Shown here: positions 1 through 9,110 of the stretch, one piece after another
Numbering within the stretch: position 1 is the first letter of the stretch
Layout: each line of letters begins with the position of its first letter
Assembly (NCBI GenBank): GCA_050950285.1
Contig: JBMNHG010000001.1
Span: 1-52,886 of the forward strand
Source: Kiritimatiellia bacterium
Lineage (GTDB): Bacteria; Verrucomicrobiota; Kiritimatiellia; RFP12; JBMNHG01
Direction: 5' to 3'
Length of the DNA: 52,886 nt
The notes under the pieces: model-generated
Seen by the model: only the letters and a program-made list of their open reading frames with translations
Told to the model about the DNA's origin: nothing
The model's database searches: none
Program-made: the position numbers and the translations under genes

Positions 1-18
1 GACTCGGCCGGCATTTGG

Positions 19-3000
19 CTATCGGTCCAACGTGGCGGCGGTGAGCGCGAGGAGGGCCGGGGCGCCGCGAGACGGATCGACGGGGATCATGTCCACCGAG
101 GCGATTTCGACGTCCGGACGCGGGTTGTCCCACTGTTTGGCGTAGGCCGCCGCATGTTCGCTGCCGCCGTCGTACGGAGCCGTCCAGGCGAGCTGGGCGC
201 CGGGGATCGCCGAAGGCGTCTTCTGCACGTAGTGCCCGATGTCCAGCTCCGCGCGGATCGGGATCTCGATCTTCTGGCCGTCGGCGTAGTTCACGACGTA
301 GTTGAACAGGACGTGGGCCGTGTGTTCCGCCCGTTCGTGCGGGGACATCCGTTTCGCCAGCTTCGCGGTGTGGAGGAAGAAGAGCGCATCGGCCTTCCGG
401 TTCACCGGGATGCCGGTGATCCGCTCGGGGAGGTCGCCGGGGGCGCCGTCGCCTCGGATCATGAGCACCTGGGGCGTGGGCGACGTCGGCATCTCATAGA
501 CGTCGAATTCCACGCCGGCGTACTTGCCGCGTCCGGCGGGGAGCGCGGCGAAGGTGCGCGCGCGGTCGCCGAACCAGCCCTTCTCGTCCTTGAACGTCGT
601 CGCCTTCGTGTGGATGTCCACGGGTGAAAACGCAAGCGGCGCGCCCACGATCACGGAGCCGTCTTCGTCGAAGGGCGCCTTGAGGTTGCGCAGCACCGTG
701 GCGAGGATCTTCCGTTTCTTCGTCTTGTTGATCGGCACGGTCTCGTGCTCCTGGAACTTGAGGTTGCAGAGCACCACGCCGCCGGGGCCCTTGACGTAGC
801 GCACGAGCCCGCCGATGTTGAGCATCGGGCGGACCGTCGCGTGGAACGCCTCGTCGCGGGCGACGCGGATCCAGATGTTGTCGATGCCGTGGTTTCGGGC
901 CTTGTCCGGCACGATGTCCCACGCGCACGGTTCGAGCGAAATCTCGCTGGCGCGCCGGGGCGGGTCGATCGTCAGGACGCAGGCCGCGCCGTCGGGCGTG
1001 ATGGGGAACTCGATCGGCTCGCCGCCGTCGAACCGCACCGCGAGCCGGGTCGTGGGGTTGTAGTTCACCGACGAATCGTAGACGATCTCCGTGACCGTCT
1101 CCTCCCTCGGGAGCTCGACGAGGATCGGCGCGCTTTGGCCGGGCTCGGGCATCGGGAAGTCGATGATGAGCGGCCAGCCGTCCGCGCCGATGAAGCCGTT
1201 GATGATCTGGCCGTAGGAATGGAAGTCGCTCGTGGCGAAGGGGGCGATGTCGTCCAGGTCGACGATGTGCGTGAAGGCGTCGTCGACGGTGTATTCGTCG
1301 GCGCGGAAGCCGAAGATGCGCTTGCCGGAGAACATCACGACATCGACGTTGGACAGCCCTGCGGTGAGCGGATCGCGGACGGCGGGGAGCTGCACGCGCT
1401 CGCGCCGGAAGGGGCGGATCAGGTGCCTCACGCCCACGATCCGGTTGTAGCTGGCCAGGCCTTCGGGGTCGAGGCCGTGGAAGAGGATCGTGCCGCCGCG
1501 CTCCCAGAACGCCTGGACTTGGGGCATGGCGCCGGCGAGCGCCGCGAGATGCTCCGGCGTCGCGGAGACGACGGCGATTTTGATGCCGGGGTCCGAGATC
1601 GCCTCGAGCGGATTCGCGGCGTACGAGTAGCGCAGGCCGATGTCGTCGAGCGCCTGCTCCAGATCGTCATTCTCCAAAACGGCGGCGACGTTGGCGAACT
1701 CCCGCTTGTACGCGAGGCCGGTTTCGATCAGGTTCAGCAGGAGCCGCTGCGCCGTGGCGTTGCGTTCGAGCCGCCCGCCGATCGCGAGCTGGCTGAGCAG
1801 GAGCACGCCCTTGCCGACCGGCACCTCGACCAGCGCCGTGTGGCCCAGGCACGGGCCGACCTGCAGGAGGCTCCGTCCGCCCTTTTCGGGCTTGGTGTAG
1901 GCATTGCGGTACATCGGCGCGCCGGCGGCGCCGCCCCAGGTGAAGAAGTCCTTGTTCGCAAGCCCGGTGAAAACCGGATGCGCGCTGTCTTCGATGAATC
2001 CCGTGTTGCCGCTGGCGGCCCAGGGCTCCGTGTTCGTCGAAACCGTCTCCATCTCCGCGGGGAGCGCCCGGTGCTCGAGCGGATGCGTCTGGTCCAGCAC
2101 GACGACGGCGTGGCCGGCGGCGGCATGGGCCGCAAGCGCGGGCGACGTGCTGTCGGCCGGCACCAGCGCGTCCGGCCCGACGAGCAGCACCTTGGCGGCG
2201 GGAGGATTCGCGAGCGAGGCGACGCGGACAAAGGGCACGCGCAGTTTCGAAAGCGTCGGCGCGACGGCATCGTGGGGATCGAACACGGCGATGGCGCCTG
2301 CGGGGGCCGGCGCGCGCAGCGTCGGCGGAGGCAGGATCGACACGGCCTTCTCCGCGCGGAAGACCGGGCGGTCCCCGGCGGCGAGTTCGAGCGTCAGCAC
2401 GCCTTCCGTCCGGGCGGCGACGGCGGGCATCGCGATCGTCTCGTCGAACTTCTCGGCGGCGCCGGGCGCGACGGAATGCTTGCTGCGCTTCGCGTAGACG
2501 TTCTTTCCGCCGACGGAAAGCGTCCGGGTGAACGTCAGGGGCGCGGCGTGCCGCGTGTCGTTGAAGATGCCGAAGGTGCGCGTGATTTTCTGGCCGGAGC
2601 CAAAGGTCCAGTCCCACTGGCGGCAGAAGACGGCGCGCGGGGCGTAGGCCTCCCATTGGCGGGGGCCTCCGGCGGCGCCGATCCAGAACGTCCAGGCGGC
2701 GTAGTGCCCGCCCCAGCGGTAGCCTTCGGTGAGCATCCGGGTGCAGAGGCCGACCGCGTCGCGCGCGGCGGCCTGGCCCTGGAAGGTGGCTTCGCCGCCC
2801 CAGGGGGCGAATTCGGCGGGCTGGATGCCGGCCGCGTAGAAATCCTCGCCAAGATAGCGCGGGCGTTGCGCGTCCCACGCCCAGCGGCCGCGGCCGCCGC
2901 CTTCGGGGAAGGTCTCGTAGGCGAGATCGGGGTAGCGCGTGTCGAGCGTGGCGACGTAGTGGTCGCCGTGGACGCCGAGCGAGTTGTCCTTGAGCGCGCC

Positions 3001-5079
3001 GCCGCCGTCGATCATCACGCTGCGGGTCGGGTCGGCGGCCATGACGGCGTCGTGCGTCTTCTTGATCTCGGCCTCGTAGGCGTCCATGTCGGCGGAGTTG
3101 CCGAGCAGGTTGATGAGGTTGATGTAGGCGAACTCGTTCTCGATCGTCCAGATCTGGATGGACGGGTGGTTGCGCTCGCCCTTGACCTGCGCGACGCACT
3201 GGTCGCGCCAGTTCTCCATGAGCGCGAGCTTGAGGTTCGAGCCGTCCTGGCGATCGACGATGGCCGGGTCGTTCTCGCGGAACTGGTAGCCGATCATCTC
3301 GCCGTCGAGCGTCGTGTTGCGGCGCACGACGATGCCGTTCGCGTCGAAGAAGTCGAGCGCCTCGTGCGGTTCGAGGTCGAACCAGTGCGGATCGTGCGAC
3401 GCCTGGCCGGCCGTGGAGAAGCGGTAGGCGCGCTGGTTGCGGGCGTGGTAGTTCTCGGCCCAGAGTTCGGGCGTCGCGCCGGAAGGGCTCAAGTCCGACC
3501 ACATCGGCCACGGGACGCCGTTCAGGAGAAACTGCGTGCCGCGGAGGGTCCATTCGCGGAAGCCGAACGGCGTCTCGCGGATGTCGACGGCGCGGCCGTT
3601 TTCGAGCACCGTGGTGCGCAGCGTGTAGAGCGTGGGGCTGTCCGGCCACCAGAGCTTCGGCGACGCCCAGGCGATGGCGGCGGGGACGGTCCGGGATTCG
3701 TTTGGCTCCAGGGCGACGGCCTTCGGCGTGGACTTGGCTTCGACCGCGCCCGTGGCAGGGTCCACGGCTTCGAGAAGGATCGCGAGGGATCGCGGGGAGG
3801 CGGCGGTGTTGCGGAGCGTGATGTCGGCATCCAGCGACTGGCGCGCGACCGAGGGCTTGACGAAGACGTCGGCGGCGTAGACGGGGCCGGCGGCGTGGAA
3901 GACGGGCGTGGCCAGAATGCCGGACTGGGGGCAGTTCCACACCGGGTAGTCGAGGTCCTGGAAGCCGTCGCCGAGCAGCTTGCGCGGGAAGTTGAAGGTC
4001 TTGCGCAGCTTCATCGGGTTCTCGGGATCCGCGCTGCGGCCGTACCAGGCGTCGCGGATGCCGACGAGGATTTCATTGTCCCGGCCGGGTTTGACCGCGT
4101 CGGTGACGTCGATGGCGAAGCGGCAGAAGGGATTCTTCTCGAAGCCGCAGTAGCGGCCGTTGACGTAGACCGTCGTGTTGAGGTTGTTGAGCGGGAACTC
4201 GATCTGGAAGGAGCGGCCCGCCATCGACGCCGGAACGTGGACGCGCGTGCGGTACCAGACGCGATGGGCGAACTCGAGATCCTTGCGCAGCGCCCCCTTG
4301 TCGCCCGGCACGGCAATGGCGCGGAAAACGGGGTCGCGCGGCAGGGTCTGGATCGGCTCGGCGACCTCGCCGGGCGCCTGCTCGTCGTCGCGGGCGATTT
4401 CCCAGACGCCCTTGAGCGAGACGGCGGCGCGCTCCGCGCCGGCGGCCTCGGGGAGCTGGAAGACGTGCCGCGAAGCGGCTTCGTCTTCGGCGTCGCGCCC
4501 GCTTTCGTCCGGCTTGAACCGGCCGTTCGGACGGAACGGCGGCGTGGCGATGCAGATCGCGTCGCAAGCGAAGAGGATGCGCTCGAATACGCCATCGTCC
4601 TTCATCGGCCGCGGCAGGCGGATTTCCAGCGCATGCTCGCCGGCGGCAAGGGTCGCGTCGCCGAACTTCAGCCAGGCGACCTCGCACCAGAAGTCGATGG
4701 GCATCAGGTCTGTCGTGAGTTCCTCGGGCGAGACGCCCTGCCAATCGCCATCGTCCAGGCGCCACTCGAACGCCGAACGCACGAACTCGTAGCCAATGCG
4801 CCCCCAGACTTCGTACGGCCCTGCCGCATCAAGGGAAAAGGGGTAGCGGATGACCGCGCCATCCTCGGGGACGACGGAGCCGACCTTGCCGGCCTCCACG
4901 CTCACCTGCATCCACTTGCCTCCGGAGAGAAGCTCGGCATTGCCCCAGCCGGCATTGTTGACGGGGACGTCGGCCTGGCCGGCCTCGCCCTCGAGCCAGA
5001 CATGGGCGGCGGGCGTTCGCATCGCGGCAAAAAGAACAAGGAAGGCCGTGATGGAAAGAAGGACGGAGGAGTGTCTCAT
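19..5079 (-). CDS. Large secreted glycoside hydrolase, GH2-like (beta-galactosidase/glucuronidase superfamily) with extra C-terminal beta-sandwich domains
   Basis: 1686 aa. N-terminal signal peptide; GH2 sugar-binding-domain motifs (VWYRTRV, TTVYVNG, DVTDAVKPG.NEI); LWWPDSPTLY...PFGFREW; clan GH-A acid/base motif WTIENE. Confidence 0.8.
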   Translation of the reverse strand: MRHSSVLLSITAFLVLFAAMRTPAAHVWLEGEAGQADVPVNNAGWGNAELLSGGKWMQVSVEAGKVGSVVPEDGAVIRYPFSLDAAGPYEVWGRIGYEFVRSAFEWRLDDGDWQGVSPEELTTDLMPIDFWCEVAWLKFGDATLAAGEHALEIRLPRPMKDDGVFERILFACDAICIATPPFRPNGRFKPDESGRDAEDEAASRHVFQLPEAAGAERAAVSLKGVWEIARDDEQAPGEVAEPIQTLPRDPVFRAIAVPGDKGALRKDLEFAHRVWYRTRVHVPASMAGRSFQIEFPLNNLNTTVYVNGRYCGFEKNPFCRFAIDVTDAVKPGRDNEILVGIRDAWYGRSADPENPMKLRKTFNFPRKLLGDGFQDLDYPVWNCPQSGILATPVFHAAGPVYAADVFVKPSVARQSLDADITLRNTAASPRSLAILLEAVDPATGAVEAKSTPKAVALEPNESRTVPAAIAWASPKLWWPDSPTLYTLRTTVLENGRAVDIRETPFGFREWTLRGTQFLLNGVPWPMWSDLSPSGATPELWAENYHARNQRAYRFSTAGQASHDPHWFDLEPHEALDFFDANGIVVRRNTTLDGEMIGYQFRENDPAIVDRQDGSNLKLALMENWRDQCVAQVKGERNHPSIQIWTIENEFAYINLINLLGNSADMDAYEAEIKKTHDAVMAADPTRSVMIDGGGALKDNSLGVHGDHYVATLDTRYPDLAYETFPEGGGRGRWAWDAQRPRYLGEDFYAAGIQPAEFAPWGGEATFQGQAAARDAVGLCTRMLTEGYRWGGHYAAWTFWIGAAGGPRQWEAYAPRAVFCRQWDWTFGSGQKITRTFGIFNDTRHAAPLTFTRTLSVGGKNVYAKRSKHSVAPGAAEKFDETIAMPAVAARTEGVLTLELAAGDRPVFRAEKAVSILPPPTLRAPAPAGAIAVFDPHDAVAPTLSKLRVPFVRVASLANPPAAKVLLVGPDALVPADSTSPALAAHAAAGHAVVVLDQTHPLEHRALPAEMETVSTNTEPWAASGNTGFIEDSAHPVFTGLANKDFFTWGGAAGAPMYRNAYTKPEKGGRSLLQVGPCLGHTALVEVPVGKGVLLLSQLAIGGRLERNATAQRLLLNLIETGLAYKREFANVAAVLENDDLEQALDDIGLRYSYAANPLEAISDPGIKIAVVSATPEHLAALAGAMPQVQAFWERGGTILFHGLDPEGLASYNRIVGVRHLIRPFRRERVQLPAVRDPLTAGLSNVDVVMFSGKRIFGFRADEYTVDDAFTHIVDLDDIAPFATSDFHSYGQIINGFIGADGWPLIIDFPMPEPGQSAPILVELPREETVTEIVYDSSVNYNPTTRLAVRFDGGEPIEFPITPDGAACVLTIDPPRRASEISLEPCAWDIVPDKARNHGIDNIWIRVARDEAFHATVRPMLNIGGLVRYVKGPGGVVLCNLKFQEHETVPINKTKKRKILATVLRNLKAPFDEDGSVIVGAPLAFSPVDIHTKATTFKDEKGWFGDRARTFAALPAGRGKYAGVEFDVYEMPTSPTPQVLMIRGDGAPGDLPERITGIPVNRKADALFFLHTAKLAKRMSPHERAEHTAHVLFNYVVNYADGQKIEIPIRAELDIGHYVQKTPSAIPGAQLAWTAPYDGGSEHAAAYAKQWDNPRPDVEIASVDMIPVDPSRGAPALLALTAATLDR

Positions 5080-5170
5080 CGCTGTTTTCCTGTGTGTTGT
5101 TTTGTCTTCGACAACGGTTTATGGCAAGGCAAATGGTTGGGGGGCAACCATTATCCTAGGTATGTTCCAC

Positions 5171-5199
5171 ACCATACACCCCCCGCTCCACCCTGTCAA
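5171..5199 (-). promoter_or_regulatory. Putative sigma70 promoter for the GH2 gene
   Basis: Minus strand TTGACA (5199-5194), 17 bp spacer, TATGGT (5176-5171). Confidence 0.6.
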
Positions 5200-5242
5200 G
5201 CAAGGCCTCGCTTTGAGCGAGATGTTTTCCTGCAATGTTTTC

Positions 5243-5271
5243 TTGCTTTTCGAAACGCCACCCCCTATCAT
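5243..5271 (+). promoter_or_regulatory. Putative sigma70 promoter for the divergent secreted-protein gene
   Basis: TTGCTT (5243-5248), 17 bp spacer, TATCAT (5266-5271), in an AT-rich intergenic region. Confidence 0.55.
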
Positions 5272-5294
5272 AAAATTCGAAAACAAGCGTTTCA

Positions 5295-5309
5295 TGTTCC
5301 AGTGGAACA
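5295..5309. promoter_or_regulatory. Palindromic operator candidate
   Basis: TGTTCCA-G-TGGAACA is a perfect inverted repeat; the half-site ATGTTCCA recurs at 5162-5169. Confidence 0.4.
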
Positions 5310-5342
5310 AACCGCCTTTCCGGCAACCAGGAGATTCGCGCC

Positions 5343-8300
5343 ATGACAACCATCCGTCCGCTCGCCTTGTGTTCCGTTTTCGTCTTTGTCCTCGCCTTCG
5401 CGATATCGCCCCCGGTCGAGGCCGCGCCCGCCTGGACGACCGATTCCTACGACCCCACCCAGTGGACGGCCTCCTCCAACAACGTCCTCCTCGGGGTCAC
5501 GGCAGGCGGGTCGGTATCCATCTATACCGAGGGCGGCAAGGATCTCAGCACCGACCCCGCCACGCTGACCGACGGCGTTGTTCCCGGCGCAACGACGGAC
5601 TTCACCAAAATTTTTGCAATCCGGAGCGGCTCCCTGGAATGGACGTTCGGTTCCGAGACCAGCATCTCTGAACTCCGGATTTTCACGCGATGGTGCGACG
5701 GCGGGCGCGACGGCATCAACATCACGTCCGTCGCGGTGAAATACACGGCGGGCGGCAATTGGGAGGCGCTCAGCGCCGTTCCACCCGTCGATTACGGAAA
5801 TTGGGACAACAATACGTCCAGCCATCTTTCCGCCATTCTGCTCGATTCCACCGGCGACGCGCTGGCCACCGGGGTGGTCGGCCTCAAACTGGAATTCGGG
5901 ACGCAGGACAACAACGGGACCGGCTACGCCGAAATCGAGGCGCTGGAACCCGAGACAGGCGCCGTCCGCGCCATCGTCACCCGCAAGTACGTCGCACCGC
6001 GCAAGGCGGGACTGGAGGCGACGATCCTGAACTGCGGCGACGGCGGCAGCACGGTCGATTTCTATTTCGCCTACGGCCCCTCGACCAACGCGCTCCCCGC
6101 CGCCACGTGCTACACCAACGGGCTCGTGCAAGGCGATTCGTTCGAGATTCCGCTGGCCGGGCTCGCGCTCGGCACCACCTATTCCTATTCGTTCTACGCC
6201 GTCAACGACCTCGGCGCGACCTCCCGCGTCGGCAGCGGCAGCTTCACGACGTTGGACGGCAGCACGATCACCTGGACCGGACTCGTCAGCGACAACTGGA
6301 GCGACGGCATGAACTGGGACACCGAAATCGCGCCGTCGGGCCAGATCCCGAAAGTCGTCCTCAACACACCGGCAGGATCTTTTGCGCCCGCCGATCTCGA
6401 CATCGCGGGGCTGGCCATCGACGACCTCTGCTTCGGCTCCGGCTGCACGAACGACTTCACCATCTCCGGCGCGCCGGTCACGCTCAAGACGCTTTCCTCC
6501 CGATCCGATGCATCCGCGACCGTGACGATCCAGAACGACGTCACCTTCAACGGAACGGGCAGAAACAGACTGGCCAACGGCAACATGGCCGTCCGGTTCG
6601 ACGGCGTCGTGAGCGGCGGAGATGCGTCGGGCGGGTTTTACTCCGACACCTACGGGAACATCCATTTCCGCAACCCGGCCAACGATTTCGTCGGCAACGT
6701 CGGCTTCCACCTCGGCTCGTTCTACTTCTGCGCCGACGGCTGCCTCGGCATCCCCCCCGCAGAGCCGACCGACGACTCCCTGTATGAAAACTACGGCGCC
6801 CTCGTCCTCGACAGACTCCCGGGTGCAAACCTCCACCAGACGAGACAGCATGCCAATCGAACCCCGCGTGGCACGATCATCCTGTGCGATGGCACCGAGC
6901 TCTTCTACGACGGCGAACTTCCTGCCGACATCGAATACAGACACAGCGGCAACGACATCAAGCACCTCCACCTCGGCGGCACGGCGAGGACGGTCGACGA
7001 CACCGCCTTCATCCGCCTGGACGGCAGTCTCCTCGCGATCATGGAGTCCGACACCGCCTTTGGCGACGCCACGCGCTGCGTCCGCGCTGCGGGTGGGTCG
7101 ATCGTCGACTTCAACGGCCATTCCACGTCGGCGAAGCTCATCAACTATTTATACGGCTTCGATACGGCCCCGGTTTTCATCAACTCGGACCGCGAACACG
7201 AAACGACGCTTAGCGGCGACATCATTCTCGGGCTCGACTACAACACGAGGTTCTTCGGCGGTCCCGGCGCGATCCGGGTTGAAGGTCCAATCTCGGAAGA
7301 TGAATTCGGACGGCATTTCCACTGGGCCGGCCCCGGCAAGTTGACGCTTGCCGGGACAAATGCCGCCTGGAACGGGGACACCCAGTTCATGGGCGGCAGC
7401 GTCGATCTCGACTATCGCACGAACAGGCAGCCGAAGTTCCCCGGCAACGGCTTCGCCATGACCGACTGCCACCTGCGTCTCCTCGGCCATCCGACCGAGA
7501 CAACCACATGCCAACCCGATTCCATCTCCCTGAACATCTACATCGGGGGGCTGAGCGTGCTGGAAGCCTTCTCCACCGGCGCGGACACCACCCTCCAGAT
7601 CGGCGCCCTCTCGGGCATGCAGCGCCACCGCATGGTCGACTTCCGCACCCATCCCTCGGCCGGCGGAACCGCCTCGATCGTCATCACCAACATGGCGAAC
7701 GACGCCACCTTTGGCGGCATCGGCCCCAACTACACCTGGGATCACGGGCGAAACTGGGCGTACATCAATGCCGACGGCACGGTCGGCCCCATGCCGGACT
7801 CGCTCTTCTCCTCCACCTTCGATGCGGGGGTGATCTGGGACATCCCCGCCGGCGAGACGGAAATCACCGCGCCTTGGGACGGGATCATGCCGAACGGCAT
7901 CCGCATCGCCGGAACGGAAGGCCCCACCACGCTCACGATCTCGGGCCCCGTCAACATCAAAAAGTGCGGCGCCGAAACGATCGGCGGCATCCTGATTTCC
8001 GCCGACGTGGGCGGCGACGTCGTCATCGACGGCGCCAGCCGCATCAACCCGGAGAATTACAACGGCGGCCTCGTGATCCAGAACTGGAGCACGAACCACA
8101 CGACCCGCATCTCCGTGCGCCTCGAGGAGACCAACGACAACGACTTCTCGATCGTCGGCCCCGGCACCACCATTCTCGAGAACGACGACAATTCCTACTA
8201 CTACGGTCCCCACGTCTTCGGCGGCGGCACCGTGAAATTCACGTCCATTGCGAATGCCAGGACCAATTCCGCGCTCGGCAAAGGCCGAAACGACCCCGTC

Positions 8301-8972
8301 GGCGAAATCCAGTGCGGCGCCGGTTGCACCTATGAATACATCGGCACCAACGTCGAGGGCCACGTCTCCAACCGCCGGTTCACCTTGCACGGCGACGGCA
8401 CGCTCAAGGCCTCCGGCGCCGGCCCGCTGGTCCTGGGCAGCGAATGGCCCGTCGGCGCCGCCTATGCTTCCTGCCGCCTCATCCTCGACGGCGACGGCGT
8501 CGGCGTCATCGACGGCGGCATCAATCCCGGCCGCTTCGGGTCGGTCCTGAAGCGCGGATCGGGCACGTGGACGCTCGACACCACCACGTCCGCCTACGAA
8601 TATCCGACCGTCGTCGAAGCCGGGACGCTCCACGTGCACGGCACGCTGCCCAGCTCCGTCGAAATCGGGGCGGGCGGCACGCTTCTCGCCTCCGGCCTCG
8701 TGGTGAAGCGCGACCTCGACGTCGCCGGCACGGTTCGTTTCGACGTCTCCGACCTGGAAGCGAACCCCCTGCCCCTCGCCGTCTGGGGGACGGCCCGGCT
8801 CGGCGGCGAGTTCCAGGTCGCCGGACGGCTCACGGAACCCACCGTCGTCCTCACGGCCGAAAACGGCGTCGAAGGGACGTTCTCGGCGGTTCCCGCCAAC
8901 GTCAAGCTGTCCTACGCCCCCACGTCCGTCACGGCCTCCCCCCGGGGCGGCACGTTGCTCATCGTCCGCTGA
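5343..8972 (+). CDS. Large secreted/surface protein with autotransporter-associated beta-strand-like repeats and a GTLLIVR C-terminus
   Basis: 1209 aa. Signal peptide; discoidin- and FN3-like N-terminal part; passenger repeats such as GPGKLTLAGTN and LKRGSGTWTLDTTTSAYEYPTVVEAGTLHV; no autotransporter beta-barrel; ends PRGGTLLIVR. Confidence 0.75.
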   Translation: MTTIRPLALCSVFVFVLAFAISPPVEAAPAWTTDSYDPTQWTASSNNVLLGVTAGGSVSIYTEGGKDLSTDPATLTDGVVPGATTDFTKIFAIRSGSLEWTFGSETSISELRIFTRWCDGGRDGINITSVAVKYTAGGNWEALSAVPPVDYGNWDNNTSSHLSAILLDSTGDALATGVVGLKLEFGTQDNNGTGYAEIEALEPETGAVRAIVTRKYVAPRKAGLEATILNCGDGGSTVDFYFAYGPSTNALPAATCYTNGLVQGDSFEIPLAGLALGTTYSYSFYAVNDLGATSRVGSGSFTTLDGSTITWTGLVSDNWSDGMNWDTEIAPSGQIPKVVLNTPAGSFAPADLDIAGLAIDDLCFGSGCTNDFTISGAPVTLKTLSSRSDASATVTIQNDVTFNGTGRNRLANGNMAVRFDGVVSGGDASGGFYSDTYGNIHFRNPANDFVGNVGFHLGSFYFCADGCLGIPPAEPTDDSLYENYGALVLDRLPGANLHQTRQHANRTPRGTIILCDGTELFYDGELPADIEYRHSGNDIKHLHLGGTARTVDDTAFIRLDGSLLAIMESDTAFGDATRCVRAAGGSIVDFNGHSTSAKLINYLYGFDTAPVFINSDREHETTLSGDIILGLDYNTRFFGGPGAIRVEGPISEDEFGRHFHWAGPGKLTLAGTNAAWNGDTQFMGGSVDLDYRTNRQPKFPGNGFAMTDCHLRLLGHPTETTTCQPDSISLNIYIGGLSVLEAFSTGADTTLQIGALSGMQRHRMVDFRTHPSAGGTASIVITNMANDATFGGIGPNYTWDHGRNWAYINADGTVGPMPDSLFSSTFDAGVIWDIPAGETEITAPWDGIMPNGIRIAGTEGPTTLTISGPVNIKKCGAETIGGILISADVGGDVVIDGASRINPENYNGGLVIQNWSTNHTTRISVRLEETNDNDFSIVGPGTTILENDDNSYYYGPHVFGGGTVKFTSIANARTNSALGKGRNDPVGEIQCGAGCTYEYIGTNVEGHVSNRRFTLHGDGTLKASGAGPLVLGSEWPVGAAYASCRLILDGDGVGVIDGGINPGRFGSVLKRGSGTWTLDTTTSAYEYPTVVEAGTLHVHGTLPSSVEIGAGGTLLASGLVVKRDLDVAGTVRFDVSDLEANPLPLAVWGTARLGGEFQVAGRLTEPTVVLTAENGVEGTFSAVPANVKLSYAPTSVTASPRGGTLLIVR

Positions 8973-9011
8973 TCCTGGCGGCAGCTCCGGTGGCGAAACG
9001 CGGCGGGGGAT

Positions 9012-9065
9012 CTGTCGGACGGGTCGGACGGGTCGGACTCGTCTGACTCGTCGGACTGGTCGGAC
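9012..9065. repeat. Intergenic 9-mer tandem repeat (NNGTCGGAC) x6
   Basis: ctgtcggac gggtcggac gggtcggac tcgtctgac tcgtcggac tggtcggac. Confidence 0.9.
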
Positions 9066-9095
9066 TCGGCGGTGGTGGCGCGTGCGGAAGGTCTG

Positions 9096-9104
9096 TGATA
9101 TTCT
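9096..9104 (+). promoter_or_regulatory. Extended -10 promoter, likely giving a leaderless mRNA
   Basis: TGaTATTCT ends 6 nt before ATG 9111; no Shine-Dalgarno sequence. Confidence 0.5.
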
Positions 9105-9110
9105 GGGGCC

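Noticed and set aside
745..5346. 1533-aa plus-strand ORF, and similar giant antisense ORFs (7149-12518, 12521-17044, 21455-24484, 35467-38958)
   Set aside because: Shadow ORFs opposite well-supported genes; expected in high-GC DNA; no recognisable motifs.
9012..9065. Short tandem repeats (also 13352-13419 and 49681-49710) as CRISPR arrays
   Set aside because: Units are 5-9 bp with no unique spacers, and there are no cas genes in the window.
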